From Tubulanus polymorphus (taxonomy: Eukaryota > Animalia > Nemertea): a DNA stretch of 64,000 nucleotides. How positions within the stretch are numbered: the first letter of the stretch is position 1; each line of letters begins with the position of its first letter. Below, piece by piece: positions 1-36,049 of the stretch. A program made the translations under genes and the position numbers. The stretch spans positions 7,100,485 through 7,164,484 of the forward strand of contig NC_134027.1 in assembly GCF_964204645.1 (NCBI RefSeq), written 5' to 3'. Below the pieces are notes generated by a model, which was not told the origin of the DNA, did no database searches, and was given only the letters and a program-made list of their open reading frames with translations.

Positions 1-101
1 CGTAGATCTGAAATTAAAAATGTTCCTTCTTGAAAATTTCTCTTGTTTTTCAAAAAAAATCTTTCTCAATACTTTTATGATATTCATGATGATTGTTTTA
101 G

Positions 102-3100
102 TTGAAAGTCTGTCAATTTATCATGGTAAACGAAATGCAAATGAGCATCAAGTTCGCTCATCCATGGTAGAAAAACTTTGTGAGGTGATGAATTCGTTAA
201 AACATGATGAGCCTCTTCTACAGACAGATCAACGGGTAGGCCTAGTCGTAAATGAAATGAAAATATTCATGCAATTGTTTCATGATTCCTGATATTTCCT
301 CGAGGTTTCCAATACATATATTCTTAGAAAAAATAAGTATTCATGGTGATCTTTTATCATTAGAGTACCACAAAAATTGAATTGGTAAAAATATCTCTTT
401 CTTATCATCTGGTTAAGCAAAGGGTGCAAGTTGCTATTGATGTACTGAAAGCTGATGAGAAATTCAGTTGGGAAGTTTTCCTGAATGAATTGGCTCAAAA
501 TGAGGTAATTCTAACATTGTAAATGTTACCTGTAAATTGGCTAACCCCGTAATTCCTAATTTGATAATTATTTAGATATTTCTTCTTAGAATACCAGACT
601 ACCTCTGCAGATCTGTTGGCTATTTGACAAAGAGCAGCTGGTATCATTTGACCGTTTCTTTACCAGGTATTAACTATGATATTCCAAAAATAAAGAGTAT
701 TTTCATCACTTTGAGTATTACATACTGCTTTGGATAATTTTCAGAAATTTACAGAATTCTTCTATTTTCATCAATGTGATAAACGATCTGAAAACGTTAC
801 TGCTTCGCGTAGGCCTACAAGTAGATGATAGTGATGAGAAATACAAACAGATTGCCGAAACAGTCATTAAAGGTAAAAGTCTGGTGGAGATTCATAACAC
901 ATAAACTGATGAATGTATGATATATCTATTTTATGTTCCCACTGTTTTGTTCAGACACAGTTCTCTACCTTGTGAAGCACGTTTATGATACAGACTCAAA
1001 TAAGGATGGTCAGAAAACACAGATTAAAAAGGTAGCTTCTGCTATATTGGATAAATTAATAAAAGGTAATTATGCCGTAAAGCAGCATAAATTTATTGTC
1101 ATTTGTCATGTTAACTGATTGAACATTGATTTTTCAAGACTCGCGAGTGAATGAAATGTCTCTCTTGTCCATAATTCATTACATTCCGGTACTCTCTCCT
1201 CTCTCTAAGGGTCATCTCATTTCTGATGTGGGGCTGTTTCAGGTTTATGTGATGAAATAGGTAGTCTTGATAATACGATAAAAAGTCCATTCATGATGAT
1301 TCGAGATGTTGCCAATATAGATATGAACATTTTGAAGAAATTCGCTGCACATCAGATGATGACCATAATAAAACATAATCCGCACTACAAGGGTAAGTGT
1401 GCTTTGAATATTATTATTATATGTAACATTAGAAACAGATTGTATTTTTCATTGGATTCTTAAATTTTGTTTTTACAGTCTTGGATGTTATTGCACAGCA
1501 GGATCAATGGACTTATGCAAAAAACGCTGGTGGTGTCAGTACGATGTTTAAGCAGGTAATTTAACAATTCAGAGTCCTGCAATTTCTTATCACTAACACT
1601 TACCAGTCAGAGTATTCATATTTTTGAAATTATTTCCAGATGCTGGTGGTATTCGAGCATTGTGAAATCTTGGGCTTACTCAAACGAGTGCTATTGAATC
1701 AAGAAGTCAACTGGAAGGCAGCCCTCTTGTTTGTTGCAACATATTTGATCTGCTTCAAAGATGCTAGAGCGCCCTTCCTTGGTATTAAAAACTGTTGTAT
1801 ATTTTCTATCTAGACCATGAAATTTGGATAGAAATGAAAAATGTTTTTCTCTTGTCAGATTTGGTAAAAGATTTGATTTCTGGAGCTCTTGATAACCTTG
1901 AATCGGATCGGTTGATTGCAGCAATGTTGTTGGTGAGACAAGCTAGTTTACAAGGTCCTCAAGTGTTTCCTACATATCAAAGCTGGTTTCAGGTGTGTAT
2001 TGTTATCCTTATAACAATTTTCCCTGCCTTCTACTCGGCGCATTCAATTATCTATCTATCAATCATCTTAGCATTTAGTCACTTATTTCATTCACTTTCA
2101 TAAAATGCTGACTGGAATTTTAATTTCTTTTTTTTTCAGGACATGTTTCAGACAGAATCTACTTCACTTGCCAACAACAGAAAATCATTTACTTTTCTCA
2201 GCAAATTTCTTAGTGATATTGTGCCTTTTGAGCCTGCCTTTACTTTACGTGTGAGTAACATATTCCATTCCATCAATTAGTAACAGAGATTAATAAAAAA
2301 ACACGGGTATTTCATTACTTTTACAGGCTCATATACTGAAACCACCATTCATTCCTCCAAAATGTGCTCAAATCTACAACGAATACGTAGCTCTTGCGAA
2401 AACCAGGCTTAGTGATCTGAAGGTAGTGACACTTAAATTTGAATGCGGTATACTTCCTAATGATTAGTTATGTTAGACTATGCTGCAAATTTTCTTTTGT
2501 AAATCAGGAGACTGTAGAAGGTGAGGTTGTTATTTTCAAAAGAGGTGAAAGATCAACATTAGACAAAGACAGTCAGGTATGATTTCCTATTTCAGACACT
2601 ACCCCAGCATCATTTACACTACAGTAAATACTTATAAGTATGTACTTGTTTTTTTTCCAATAGCTCAAATCAGATATTGAGAATGCTCTGGTTGCATTTG
2701 AAGAATCTGGGAAGGTCCCATCGGCAATTTTAGAAGTTAGGTGCGTAATCAGATAGTTGTACATTCCTCCAAAGCAAAATAAATCAGTTGTGATTAATTC
2801 ATCAGATCCTCATTTCTTTTTTCAGTATGTTCCGAAGACCGTACTATGTCGGGAAATTTCTACCTGAACTTCTGAAACCAAGAGTTGTAAGTTTTCAAAT
2901 TTAGGTTAAAATCCGATATTGCAATTAAGATATTAAAGCATCTATATTTTCTAGCTTCCAAAACATCCTGACAGTAAAATGAAATTTATTGAGGCATTAC
3001 ACAAGTAAGTTCACTAAGTGATCACACTAATTAAAAGATATGAAACAAGAAAGTTGAATTCAAATTTGTACATATAATTAGAAATATCCTTGTAGACTTG

Positions 3101-6100
3101 GAAAGTTGCCTATAAACATGTTCAACGCATACATTCAGAAGTGTAAGGAAAGGCTTACCAATGGTAGGTATAGACAGGATATGTTGATATGTGCGGTGAA
3201 TAAACCTGATTTTTAAAAATAGAAATTTGTGTGTTTCTAGGATATGAAAGTAGTGAATCAATAACAGAACTACCTGTACCAGTCGAACCACTTGCAAAAC
3301 TTCGGTATCATCTGGAAGAATTGGAAGCTATCATCTTGTCAGACCACAGTAGTGCTTCAAAAATGTCTGGTAAGAAAGGTTTTGTCCATTTAGTGAATGA
3401 AGTAAGAAATCTATATCAGATATACACCAAGCTTTCTATAATTTCACTTACAATCATTGTGGCTTTACTTGTTGATAAATCAGATTGCTAGGCTAGTTGA
3501 TGATGAGATATCTGTCTTTCAGATTTTGGGGTTAAACTTGCGGCAATAGCTACAAGTATCAGTCATTTGACAGGACTAGAGCCATGCACTGAAAATGAAT
3601 GCATTAAGATAGCTGTCCATGAACACGATTCATTTTCACCAGAAACTATCAAAGTAAAAATATTCCATTTTACCTTCTGGTCTTAAATTTTGGATGTTTT
3701 AAGATATACTCATATACTGGTATTGTACTCTTTAAAGACTAGTGAGCTAGTATTTAGCAGTTATGGACGTATTACTGGTACAAAGATCAATGGCTTTCTT
3801 CATGAATTCAGTAGCAGATTCATCAACATGCTCTCGCAGTATCCATCTGTGATTGCATGTATGTGCAAATTAGGAACAGTTTCTATCAAAACTAAGGTAT
3901 TTCGTTAAAACTGGGGTTGATTAGGTTCTTTGATTTAATTTTGCTCAACTTTCAAATCAACTTTTTCTGTTCTCATTATAGGTCACTGCATTGACTGACG
4001 AAAATACAGAGTGTTATGCTTGTTTTGCTGCTGAGTTATTGGCATGTCCGTTGTTAAAACAACTATCCCTTATTGGTGCTGATGATCAAACCTTGTCTTT
4101 GGTTGAGTTGCATCTCAGTTTGTTACCTATGACAAGTAAAGTTGGACAGAAACTTCGTATGAAATATTTGGTTCATTTTTTCTGTCTGGCTTCTCATCGT
4201 TCAGTAACTGCTGACTTATCTAGACCTGCAGCACAGGTTTGAGGAGGACTCAGAATATTTCTGTTCAATTATGTATGATCAATGCATTAAGTTTAGGTTG
4301 AATGATATTTCAGATGAACTATATGCTGGAACGATTTTGCCCGGAGTTGCGTCACGACTGGATAGGGTCATCTACATTTAACATTCTCAACAGGTCGGAC
4401 CAAAAACTGTTAGAAGAAATAAAAAGTTTTGATGAATTTGAAAGATTATTCGAAGTCAACAGAATAACAGTGAATGAATGGCTTGAATATGAAATATGTA
4501 TGAATCCATTGGATGATTTCCTGAATGAGATTGAAAGGTAAATAGTTGGTCTTACTTTGCAACTACCAGTAATAGTCCTTTATAGAATGTGTGACTTAAT
4601 GTTTCAGGCAACTGTATCGCAACTGGTACATCACAATTAGGATGCAGGGTGATGACAATCCCTGGAAGCTTCTATCAGCTATGTTCCAAAATCTTGTTAC
4701 CCATTACCAAAGGTAAAGTAATCTAAATCAATTCATGCTTCCATCATATGTTCGTTCCTAAAAAACTACTTTGACAATATTTCAAATCTTTGAAGTATCG
4801 TTTCTCATCATAGCAGCAGTGATCCATTGACCTATTCTAGTGCAACCTGTATGCTCAATTTACTTCAGGTATGATAAATGAAGCAAATGGGATGTGTATA
4901 TTTGGCCTGTTGTCGTTGCTGAACTTTGAATTTAGAATTATGCACATTTTTCATATTTAGAGTTGTGTGTATGAGTTACAACATAATCCATATGAAACAG
5001 GCGAGGGTCAGTCGTGGTTATTTGAGCAGTTACTTTGGTGTATAGATTTGGTGATAAAGCAAGAAGCAAATAATCGCGCAGTAGTTGTTACTGGTGTTGA
5101 GTTGCAAATATTCTTCAGGTGTGTTGGGTTCGTTTATTATGTGAATACAAACATGATAAAGATTTATTATTTTATGGATATTATCACTGTGTTTGTTTAT
5201 TGTTAATGCTATAGGATTGCGTCAAAGTTGCCAGCATATTTACTATTTAAGAAGCGTATATCAGATGAAGTTGATAAGCACATAGCTAAGCAGCTTGGCG
5301 ATTTGCTTCAGACTTATCTGGTAAGGACAATTTTGTTCATGTAAAGATATGTGTGGCCAAATGAACTTACAGAATTATGTACTTTATTATAGAGAAACTA
5401 TTGTACAAATGGAAAGTATGGGTCTCTGCAACATCATACAACATTGTTTATTGTAAAAGTATGTATTGGACTCTGTTCAGCATTATGAATCCAAATTATG
5501 CATCTAGTTGTTGATTTTTGCATGGATGGCATTTTGTTCTAAACACTCATGTTGTTTTTCAGGCAATTCACTGTGATAGTCGACTGATGCATGCATTTCT
5601 GATGAGGTGTCCGCCGTCACTCAGTTTTTCGCTCATGGTAATAGGACCGTTGAAATCATTTCAGTTAGCAGCGCAAACCCAAATTCAAATAAAGATGAAC
5701 TTCCAATGAATTCATATTTTTGAAGGTACACTGGCCAGCTCTGAAGAACGCAGTTAAGTTGGAACAAGGCTGGATGGATGATATGTGGAATTGGGCAGAA
5801 AGGTATTGTCATCTGCTAGATTTGACAACAGGTATATGCATTTATTCTAACATTCTATTACAGTTTCATATTGATTTCTTTTCAGTTGTTTGAGAGGAAT
5901 TGTCAAGGAGAACTTGGCGAAACCCTGGCTGAAAGCATGTTCACTTTTTGCGGTTTTTTGCAATCTGTCTTGTACAAATCATAGGTATGAATTGAGATTA
6001 GAGATTGGAGAATCATACATTGTTTCATCGAATAATGATTAATGATAACCTTTCATTAATTGATTTATTGTAGGTTAGTTGAGTTGCAACAATATTTACT

Positions 6101-7113
6101 GATCACAGTGACTAGTTTAGAGTTGGACTGCGTTGTGCATTTGATGATCTGCAATCTAGTCTACTTGCAATGTATGACTACAAATGAAGTGAGCAGTTTT
6201 GTTTCATTAGCTATCATATCACTCATAATTAATGAGCTTGACAGTGAGTTACAATTATGTGTCATTACATTGTAGGAATCTTCATTGTCGAATTTGAGCG
6301 TACAGTTATTTGTTAAAATTGTGAAGACACAGTGGAATGTGATTGGTTCACTTCTGCAGCATATATCACACCCAACTCGAAAAATATTCTCTGACCATAT
6401 GTTCTCATTGCTGCCATATACATTCTTCAGGTGAGAACTATTTAGCATTCAATCTAATCAATCCGATTACTGGATTTTTTGTTGAAAAATCGAGCCAATT
6501 AATAGATTTGTTGTAATGTAGTTTCATGCAGATATCTGACAAATATTACTTTGATCCAGATTATATGTTATTACCTTATTTCTCAATTACAGATGTTTTT
6601 CGCATTTGAGTCATTACGATTTGAATAGTTGCGCTGCAGTTCTACCAGTGGAGACAATTGAACGAATTTTGCTCCTTTACAATGATATAAGTCACCAATA
6701 TGACACGGGCTTACCAGCACAGGTAGGATCACCTGGTGATGGCTACTAGTATGTGGACTTATACCTTTATCAGTACGATGCGGAGAATTCTGTTTCATCA
6801 AATGTAGAACGTAATCAGTTCCTTGTCGATGTTTATTTATGCAGGGTGCGTGTGAATCATCAAATATTATGGTCAAGATTTATGAATCTGTGAAGCAATT
6901 AATAACACGATTACCAAAGAGTCACCGAACTGAAATTTCTAAGGTAATTTTTACTAAGCTCTGGGTGTATTAAGGTAAACACCAGCCTGTCCTCTACAGC
7001 ACAAGTTACCTTCTTTCTAAATCACAAAGCCAATCACGAATTATCAATTTTCTTTTTAGGATGTAATCGAGAGCTGTGATCAGGGTGTGCAGATGTTGTT
7101 TACTCATAACTGA
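102..7113 (+). CDS. FANCA: Fanconi anemia group A protein, multi-exon, 5'-partial (start probably upstream of window)
   Basis: Spliced exons give EVNWKAALLFVATYLICF, AMLLVRQASLQGPQVFPTYQSWF, FLSDIVPFEP..AHILKPPFIP..YVALAKTRLSDLK, DIENALVAFEESGKVPSAILEVSMFRRPYYVGKFLPELLKPRVLP, which follow the vertebrate FANCA N-terminal domain motif by motif. Last exon 7060-7113 (DVIESCDQGVQMLFTHN*). Many short GT-AG introns; not every boundary was verified. Confidence 0.9.
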
Positions 7114-7439
7114 ATTAAACGCTATTCATGGAGTTTTACGTATTTGTTGTTTGTATATATCTTTATTATTCTTAATAAAAAAATAATTATAAATGATTTT
7201 AATCGTTCTGTAAAATTGCTCGTTGTTTGCAGTGATGCTGAGAATTTGATGAATATTGTATAATTTAGTTTCACAAAATATCAGAGGATTATTCATGTAA
7301 GGATTATTCATGCAACAAATGTACATGAGATACTCAGAAGGCAATGCATCATTCTCTTTTTTTATGTTGGTGCAAGTCTATGGATGCAGATCTACATGTA
7401 CATTTCTGCTACACTAACTTAATCTTCTTAGGCCCTTCT

Positions 7440-7704
7440 CAGGGTCCGATCTAAGCACTTGTCCGATTGCCCGAGAGAAGTACAATGTATATTCTCATCA
7501 GGGCAAGTAAATTATCATTATCACTTGTCCACCGGGCTAGTGCAATTTTATGTCACAAAGCTTTTTTCCCGTTGATACAACGGACGATAGTGCCACCAAT
7601 CGGACTGCCCGTGAAGGGCAAGTAGCTTTTGGAGGGGGGCAAGCGAAATTTCAGATATGCTTGCCTCGTGGGCAAGTGGATTTCATTCCTTAGATCGGAC
7701 CCTG
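7440..7704. mobile_element. MITE with 16-bp TIRs (hAT-like CAGGG termini)
   Basis: TIR cagggtccgatctaag / cttagatcggaccctg; flanking direct repeat ccttct (7434-7439, 7705-7710); internal repeated gggcaagt motifs. Confidence 0.85.
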
Positions 7705-7710
7705 CCTTCT

Positions 7711-7845
7711 TGAGCATAAGGCCATGACATAATTCTTACACTTGGACCAATCGTTAGCTGTTTGTTGAGCTTGGTCCTAGACCAGCTGGATACAGTTCAG
7801 TGGTGATAGTGTCTCCATGTGGTGTTGGGTCGGCCAGGATACTGG
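7711..7845 (-). mobile_element. Degraded RTE-type LINE 3' fragment
   Basis: Minus strand reads GRPNTTWR ... AQQTANDWSKCKNYVMALCS across a frame disruption, resembling the C-terminus of RTE ORF2; the 7440-7704 MITE interrupts its tail. Confidence 0.5.
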
Positions 7846-8707
7846 GAGGGATCATCTGAGCGCAACCTAGGGGATATAGGACCTTTCGAAGAAGATAAGG
7901 CTATATTGACAGTTGCCATAAATATATATTTTATTAAAATAATATGCCTTGTCAAACAATACGAGATTACAATTTACTATCTCTGGATGACCTTGCATAA
8001 TTTAAGGGTACAATGTAATTTAAGACGAGAGCTATCATTAGATGTGGAATTAATGATTTATGTTAACACAATCGCAAATATTCTAAATCTTTAAAATCGT
8101 TCGTTCATTTAATAACCTTTTGGCACAATTCTATTGACAAACACAAAATGTTCTTGATAAATTCTATGTTGGGAAAAATCAACATAGATAACATGTTTTT
8201 AATTATGGAAATGTACCATCAATGTCATAGTGAAGATACAAATCTGTACTTAAAAATAGCATTCTAAAAACATTGATGGCTTAAAGCCTAATCACCTATA
8301 AGGTATGTTTTCAGAAACTTAGTTTATTCTACCAGAGAGTCTGAGATCCTCTCCACCGCCCAGATTCTGCCATATAATAGCTTAAATTATGCTTTGCTTA
8401 TTCATAAGAGAGTTGAAAATTCATAATCAGGCAGTATTGCTTTCCGATTTTCCACTCCTGACGAAATTCTCTATACATGTATTTCCTTAAACTCTGGTGT
8501 TAAGTTAACTCAGAGCGAAATCAACCATTCCCAACCTAGCGTGTGATAAGCATGTGAAAAAAATTCATTCCCAATTTTGAAGAATAATGGCTCTGCGTCA
8601 TAATTTTGAGTTCTAATTTGTGTTAAACAATTTATCAAAATTCCTACTGATAATATTTATCACAATGTTGAAGTAAACTAATGTAGCAGTGTAAGTTCTA
8701 TGTGTCA

Positions 8708-31603
<22,896 letters not shown>

Positions 31604-31830
31604 GCTGCGATGCCTCAAATTTAAACGGAATTTTCGCCTCAGCTACTGCGCCCATCCAACCATATCAAAGATCTGATCACAGCATCGCCTTTTGCTTTCA
31701 CCAATTCAATTATTTATTCCCGATAAGGAAACGCACTAAGTATCAAAATAAACAATTTTAGACATATATAACGATATCCGCGATCCCGTGATGCGAATAT
31801 AGCCCTATGTTATTAAAGAGTACAAAATGG

Positions 31831-32340
31831 AAATATAGCTGCAAGGCAGCGATAACGGGTTTTCTGGATGCATGTGATCGAAAGGAAAAATTAATTACCG
31901 GGTATTCGATGGAAAAAATAAAATGAGATGATTTGGATATTATCGGAGCAATCCTCTTTTTGGTTGAATGGTCTTACCCCAGTATAGTCCCCGTGATTTG
32001 GAAATTCTCGGAGCCCTCCTTTATTTACTTACTAAATGACGTCACAAACTGTTATTTCGCCGGTGCTTGTTGTCTAACAATTCAATTCAATTCTTTATTT
32101 ACAGTAACCTAATAAGTAATTTTAAGTTTCAAATAGGATGGAAAGTACATTCAGACAATCTGTTGGTTCAGAGAGACCGTTATTACAGTATCAATTTATA
32201 CATTTCGTTTCGAAGCTGTCAGTTGCCGAATCTGAATGAAGATGAATTTTATTTGACGAAATCGGCGGAAAATATATAATAATAATAATAATAATCAACA
32301 GAATTTCAAGAGGGTTTTCGACGAAAGTCAGAAAACACTA
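31831..32340. mobile_element. Helentron-associated non-autonomous element (HINE/DINE-1-like)
   Basis: Terminal stem-loop gctgc-aag-gcagc (31838-31850); subterminal inverted pair gggttttctg (31857-31866) / cagaaaacac (32329-32338); second local inverted copy gggttttc (32312-32319); (AAT)n microsatellite; no TSD. This is the established HINE layout. Confidence 0.7.
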
Positions 32341-32969
32341 ATAATAATCAACATCATATCTCATATGTCACCTAGGGGCTTCCGTATATGAAGACCTGTG
32401 TTGGTGTGAATCTTTAACTGAAGTGCTATCGGTCGGTATAATTTATAAATTATTCTAGAATTTAAGAAAACAAACAGGCGGCGACTAATAAATTCGGAAG
32501 TAGCTGTTGGGAAACAAGTAATTTATTTCATGGCCTTATTAAAGTTCCTCCACTATATTGTTCAGCTGACTACTGTCGCGTATTCAACCCGGCGGTGGAC
32601 TGGTGGAACCGTTCATAATGTAAATCCATTCAACAATAGAGACACAATTGCGGTTTTTCAGAGTTGTTGATATCATTAATACGCGCTATTGAATACGTCA
32701 CCGGCTGAACACGGGGTACACAAGCATAGGCCATTCACCTCAGCTTACTCACACTGTGAACATGCTACCGTGGATTCTCCTCCTTCGCTGCGATCCCGCT
32801 CCTGCTCCTGTTCCTGCTTCCTGAGGAACGACGTCTTTATGTTTTATGTGTTACTGTTCGTCTCCGTGCTGTCCTGTACTTTTCCGTGTTAATTAATCCG
32901 TTCTATTTTTCAGGATTTAACCCCTTCTATTTTTCAGGGCCGATTTCTCCGTCGAATTTCAACGTTTGC

Positions 32970-33770
32970 TGGAACAAAACTAATGTCCGAAAGCGTCGGC
33001 TCTCCTTCACCGGTCACGTGTCGAGGATGTCAGACAAAGAGTCGGTCAGGAAATGGCTGCCCTCTTCACGCCCTCATACGGAACACGAAAACCAGGATGA
33101 CGAGGCCTCACTCTCCTCACGTATCAACAGAGTGTGCTTGGTGACGTCATTGACGGACAAGTCAGTCGGATTGCACGGGTTAAAAGTGGAGTGGTAAAGC
33201 TGGACTGTCTACTAGTATTCATTGATTCCTTTTCAGGAATTGCTTCGGACAAAGATTTAGTCTTGTCTTCCTGTGCGTTCTAGCATTCATTGATTCCTTT
33301 TAAGGGATTGCTTCAGGCAGGGATTAATTTCCCTGTCTTCCTTTGCGTGCTAGGATTCATTGATTCACTGCGGGATCGCTTGCGTGCTAGCATTCATTGA
33401 TTCCTTTTAAGGGATTGCTTCGGGCAGGGATTAATTTCCCTGTCTTCCTTTGAGTGTTAGTATTCATTGATCCCGCGTGGGTTGCTTCGGGCAGGGCTAA
33501 GTCTTGTCTTCCTTTGAGTGCTAGTGCGGGCAATCCAGTTGCGCTGCCCTATTTTTGGCTTGGGCAATTTGATAGGTTTGTCAGTTACTGACGTCACCCG
33601 GCACACCCTGTCGGTAAATGGTAAAAGTAAGGCGTGGTCATCTTGGTTTTCACGTTCTGTGTGAGGGCGTGTAGAGGGCAGTATATTCCTGGCTGGCTCT
33701 TTGTCTGGTGTTCTCGGCATGTGACCGGCAACGAAGAGCTGAAAAGCTTTCAGACATTAGTTTTGTTCCG
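32970..33770 (+). ncRNA. Candidate long hairpin RNA: ~250-bp RTE-derived stem with a tandem three-way-junction loop
   Basis: 32970-33215 and 33521-33770 are diverged inverted copies whose differences mostly give G.U pairs on the + strand; arms translate like an RTE ORF2 C-terminus (VRKRRLSFTGHVSRM). Transcription is inferred, not shown. Confidence 0.5.
33212..33524 (+). repeat. ~70-bp tandem repeat (5 units, one truncated), each internally structured
   Basis: Units start at ctag/ttag 33212, 33280, 33350, 33387, 33457; consensus ctagcattcattgattccttttaagggattgcttcgggcagggattaatttccctgtcttcctttgcgtg. Confidence 0.9.
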
Positions 33771-36049
33771 TACCAGGTTTTCATCGCTCTTCTCTTTTTT
33801 TCATTTCAGGACTCCCAAGATGAAGAAGAAGATGCTGAAGGCGACTACAACGAAGACGATACCAAAAAACTGAACACTGAACTCAGCAATATTGAAAGTT
33901 AAGTTGATACACGTGTAAATTACGATGCGTGATACGGAAAGGATTGTGTAACTACAGAATATCGTTCTTTTACTCATTTCAAGTTAATGCGGAAAGGCCC
34001 ATCTAAAATCTGCCCACCAGAAGTGCCCACAAAAGACTCCACCTTGAAGTACCACCAAACAACGAAAGACCTGCCGCAACCGAACCTGGCAGTCTTGACC
34101 TCATCCTACATGGCAACAGGAATACATACATACATAAAGCTAAGTTGATTTTTCATATCTGGGGTAGAATGCATAGGCGCTGGTCAAGCTCATCATCTTC
34201 GCACTACTTTATTGAAAGTCTGTGGCCGGTAGTAAATTGAAATATAGCTAGGCAATGATTGCTTGAATATTTGCAATATTAGACGAAATGATTGAGTGAG
34301 GTCCCTTAAATATTCTTTGGTCTGATAATTAAAATGTAGATTGGTCAGTTATTGATTAAAAGATTTTGTACGTACGTACAATTAAGGTACATTCAATATC
34401 TTATGTGACATTTGAAATTATTCGAATGTACCGTAGATATTTCAGGCCTCATATGACTATTGTTTAACTGACAATCAAGATATAGATAGGACAATTTACT
34501 AATTAGCAATCATTGAATATCTTGTAATGTTTGATGAGACATTCTTTTGGTGTAGATATTTCAAGGCCCCATATACATTTAGGCCGGCTTTACTTAAAGA
34601 TATATCAATTAAACTTTATCGTCGGTTAATAGATTTTTCTTTACAAATAATATATTGATAAATTTATTAAGATTAAGGCTATACTTTACAATATATACTG
34701 TGTGCTGCCTCACACATAACAGTAATTAATTTCATAAGATAATGTCTAGGGCTCTATCGAGGTCTGGTGTTATATGGGGTAAACTATGGACTACGGGTCT
34801 TTATGAAACAGTGATTTGGTCTCAACACTTTGATAAATCCAGAATAAACCAAAGCTTTAATTGATTTAATTCATTCCTGAAACACTGCGTCTTGTTTTGG
34901 GCGACGCATGATAATTGTTGTTTGACTGACAATTAGCATACAGCCAGGAAAAATGGCTTAGATATTCACAATTAAGATGAATTCAATATTTGATGTTAGA
35001 TCAAAAACTTTTTATATCATAAATATTTATTGAAATAAAGCTGAAATATATAATATATTTGAGCACATCTATAAATGAATCAGTCTCATTGACTGATCAG
35101 TTCTGTATCGCCAACTGCCGCGCTTACGACGACTAGCCATGATTTTCATTATTGGCAAAATTTGCTCAAACCTAACTGATTCAATTAATATCTAAAAGCC
35201 ATACTGTGTGTCAAGTGACGCATATTAGATATAGTTTAACTGAAAATTAGAATCTAAGATGAATTACTCATTAACGTATTACTTAGATCGATTAAGGTTA
35301 ATTCAATTGTTATGTGAAATTATTTCTAATTCCATGGACATTTAAAATGTAGCTGATACATGTGTATCTGAGCACATTTATTTATCTGTATCTAAGTGTG
35401 GTGTCTTCATACAGCTGTATTAGTTTTGATACATATTGCCAAAATCATTTAACGCAGATTTACTTCCGATCGAATCTGTGCACAAATACATTCCTGGATT
35501 TAGAAGGGGGAATATTTCAATTTCACTGTGTATGTCAGATTGAAAGCCTTATTCTAACAGGATATCCTAAACTTAGGTCTTATTCCTCTTGCTAATAGCT
35601 CTCTTTTACTAACCCCTCTCCTTCAAACTATTTTCTAGCATCATGACTCGCACCGCACCAGGGAGGTCCGGTCATAACAAGGTCTTTTGGTCCTTATACA
35701 CAGTGTAAGTAATAGGGGCGCACACTCCTAATTCAAGTAGAAATTATTATTATTTCACATTTGGAAAATTTCTCAACCATTCAACCTTTAACCTAGAACA
35801 ACTAAACCCCTATTACTCTTAAAATGATCATATATATGAATAACATATAAATTGATAGATTATTCAATATAAAAGTGTGAGCTCTTATAGAATAGATAGA
35901 TAGATATATTTTAAACATTATTTCAATATTCATATTTGTATGAGTTAGATTTTTAAACATTAAAAGTGTTAGTAAAGTGTGATTGAAATAATACATATAC
36001 AAATCATTGAACTTCTAAAATCAATTTTAATAAAAAATTTAGTATTAAA

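Noticed and set aside
33212-33524. CRISPR array or hammerhead ribozyme array
   Set aside because: No unique spacers or cas genes; no CUGANGA/GAAA core on either strand.
32886-33720. ORFs 32886-33197 (+) and 33457-33720 (-) as protein genes
   Set aside because: They are the two arms of the foldback, read through degraded RTE sequence.
32518-33902. Protein gene with tiny introns ending DSQDEEEDAEGDY..
   Set aside because: Could not assemble a continuous frame; implied introns (33-47 nt) are shorter than host introns.
35590-35600. gctaatagc resembling the pT181 nick site CT^AATAGC
   Set aside because: Short match expected by chance in AT-rich DNA and lacks the GC-rich flanking stem.
35640-35730. 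HDV-like ribozyme on the minus strand (acctccctggt)
   Set aside because: L3 too short and no convincing P1/P2 pairing.
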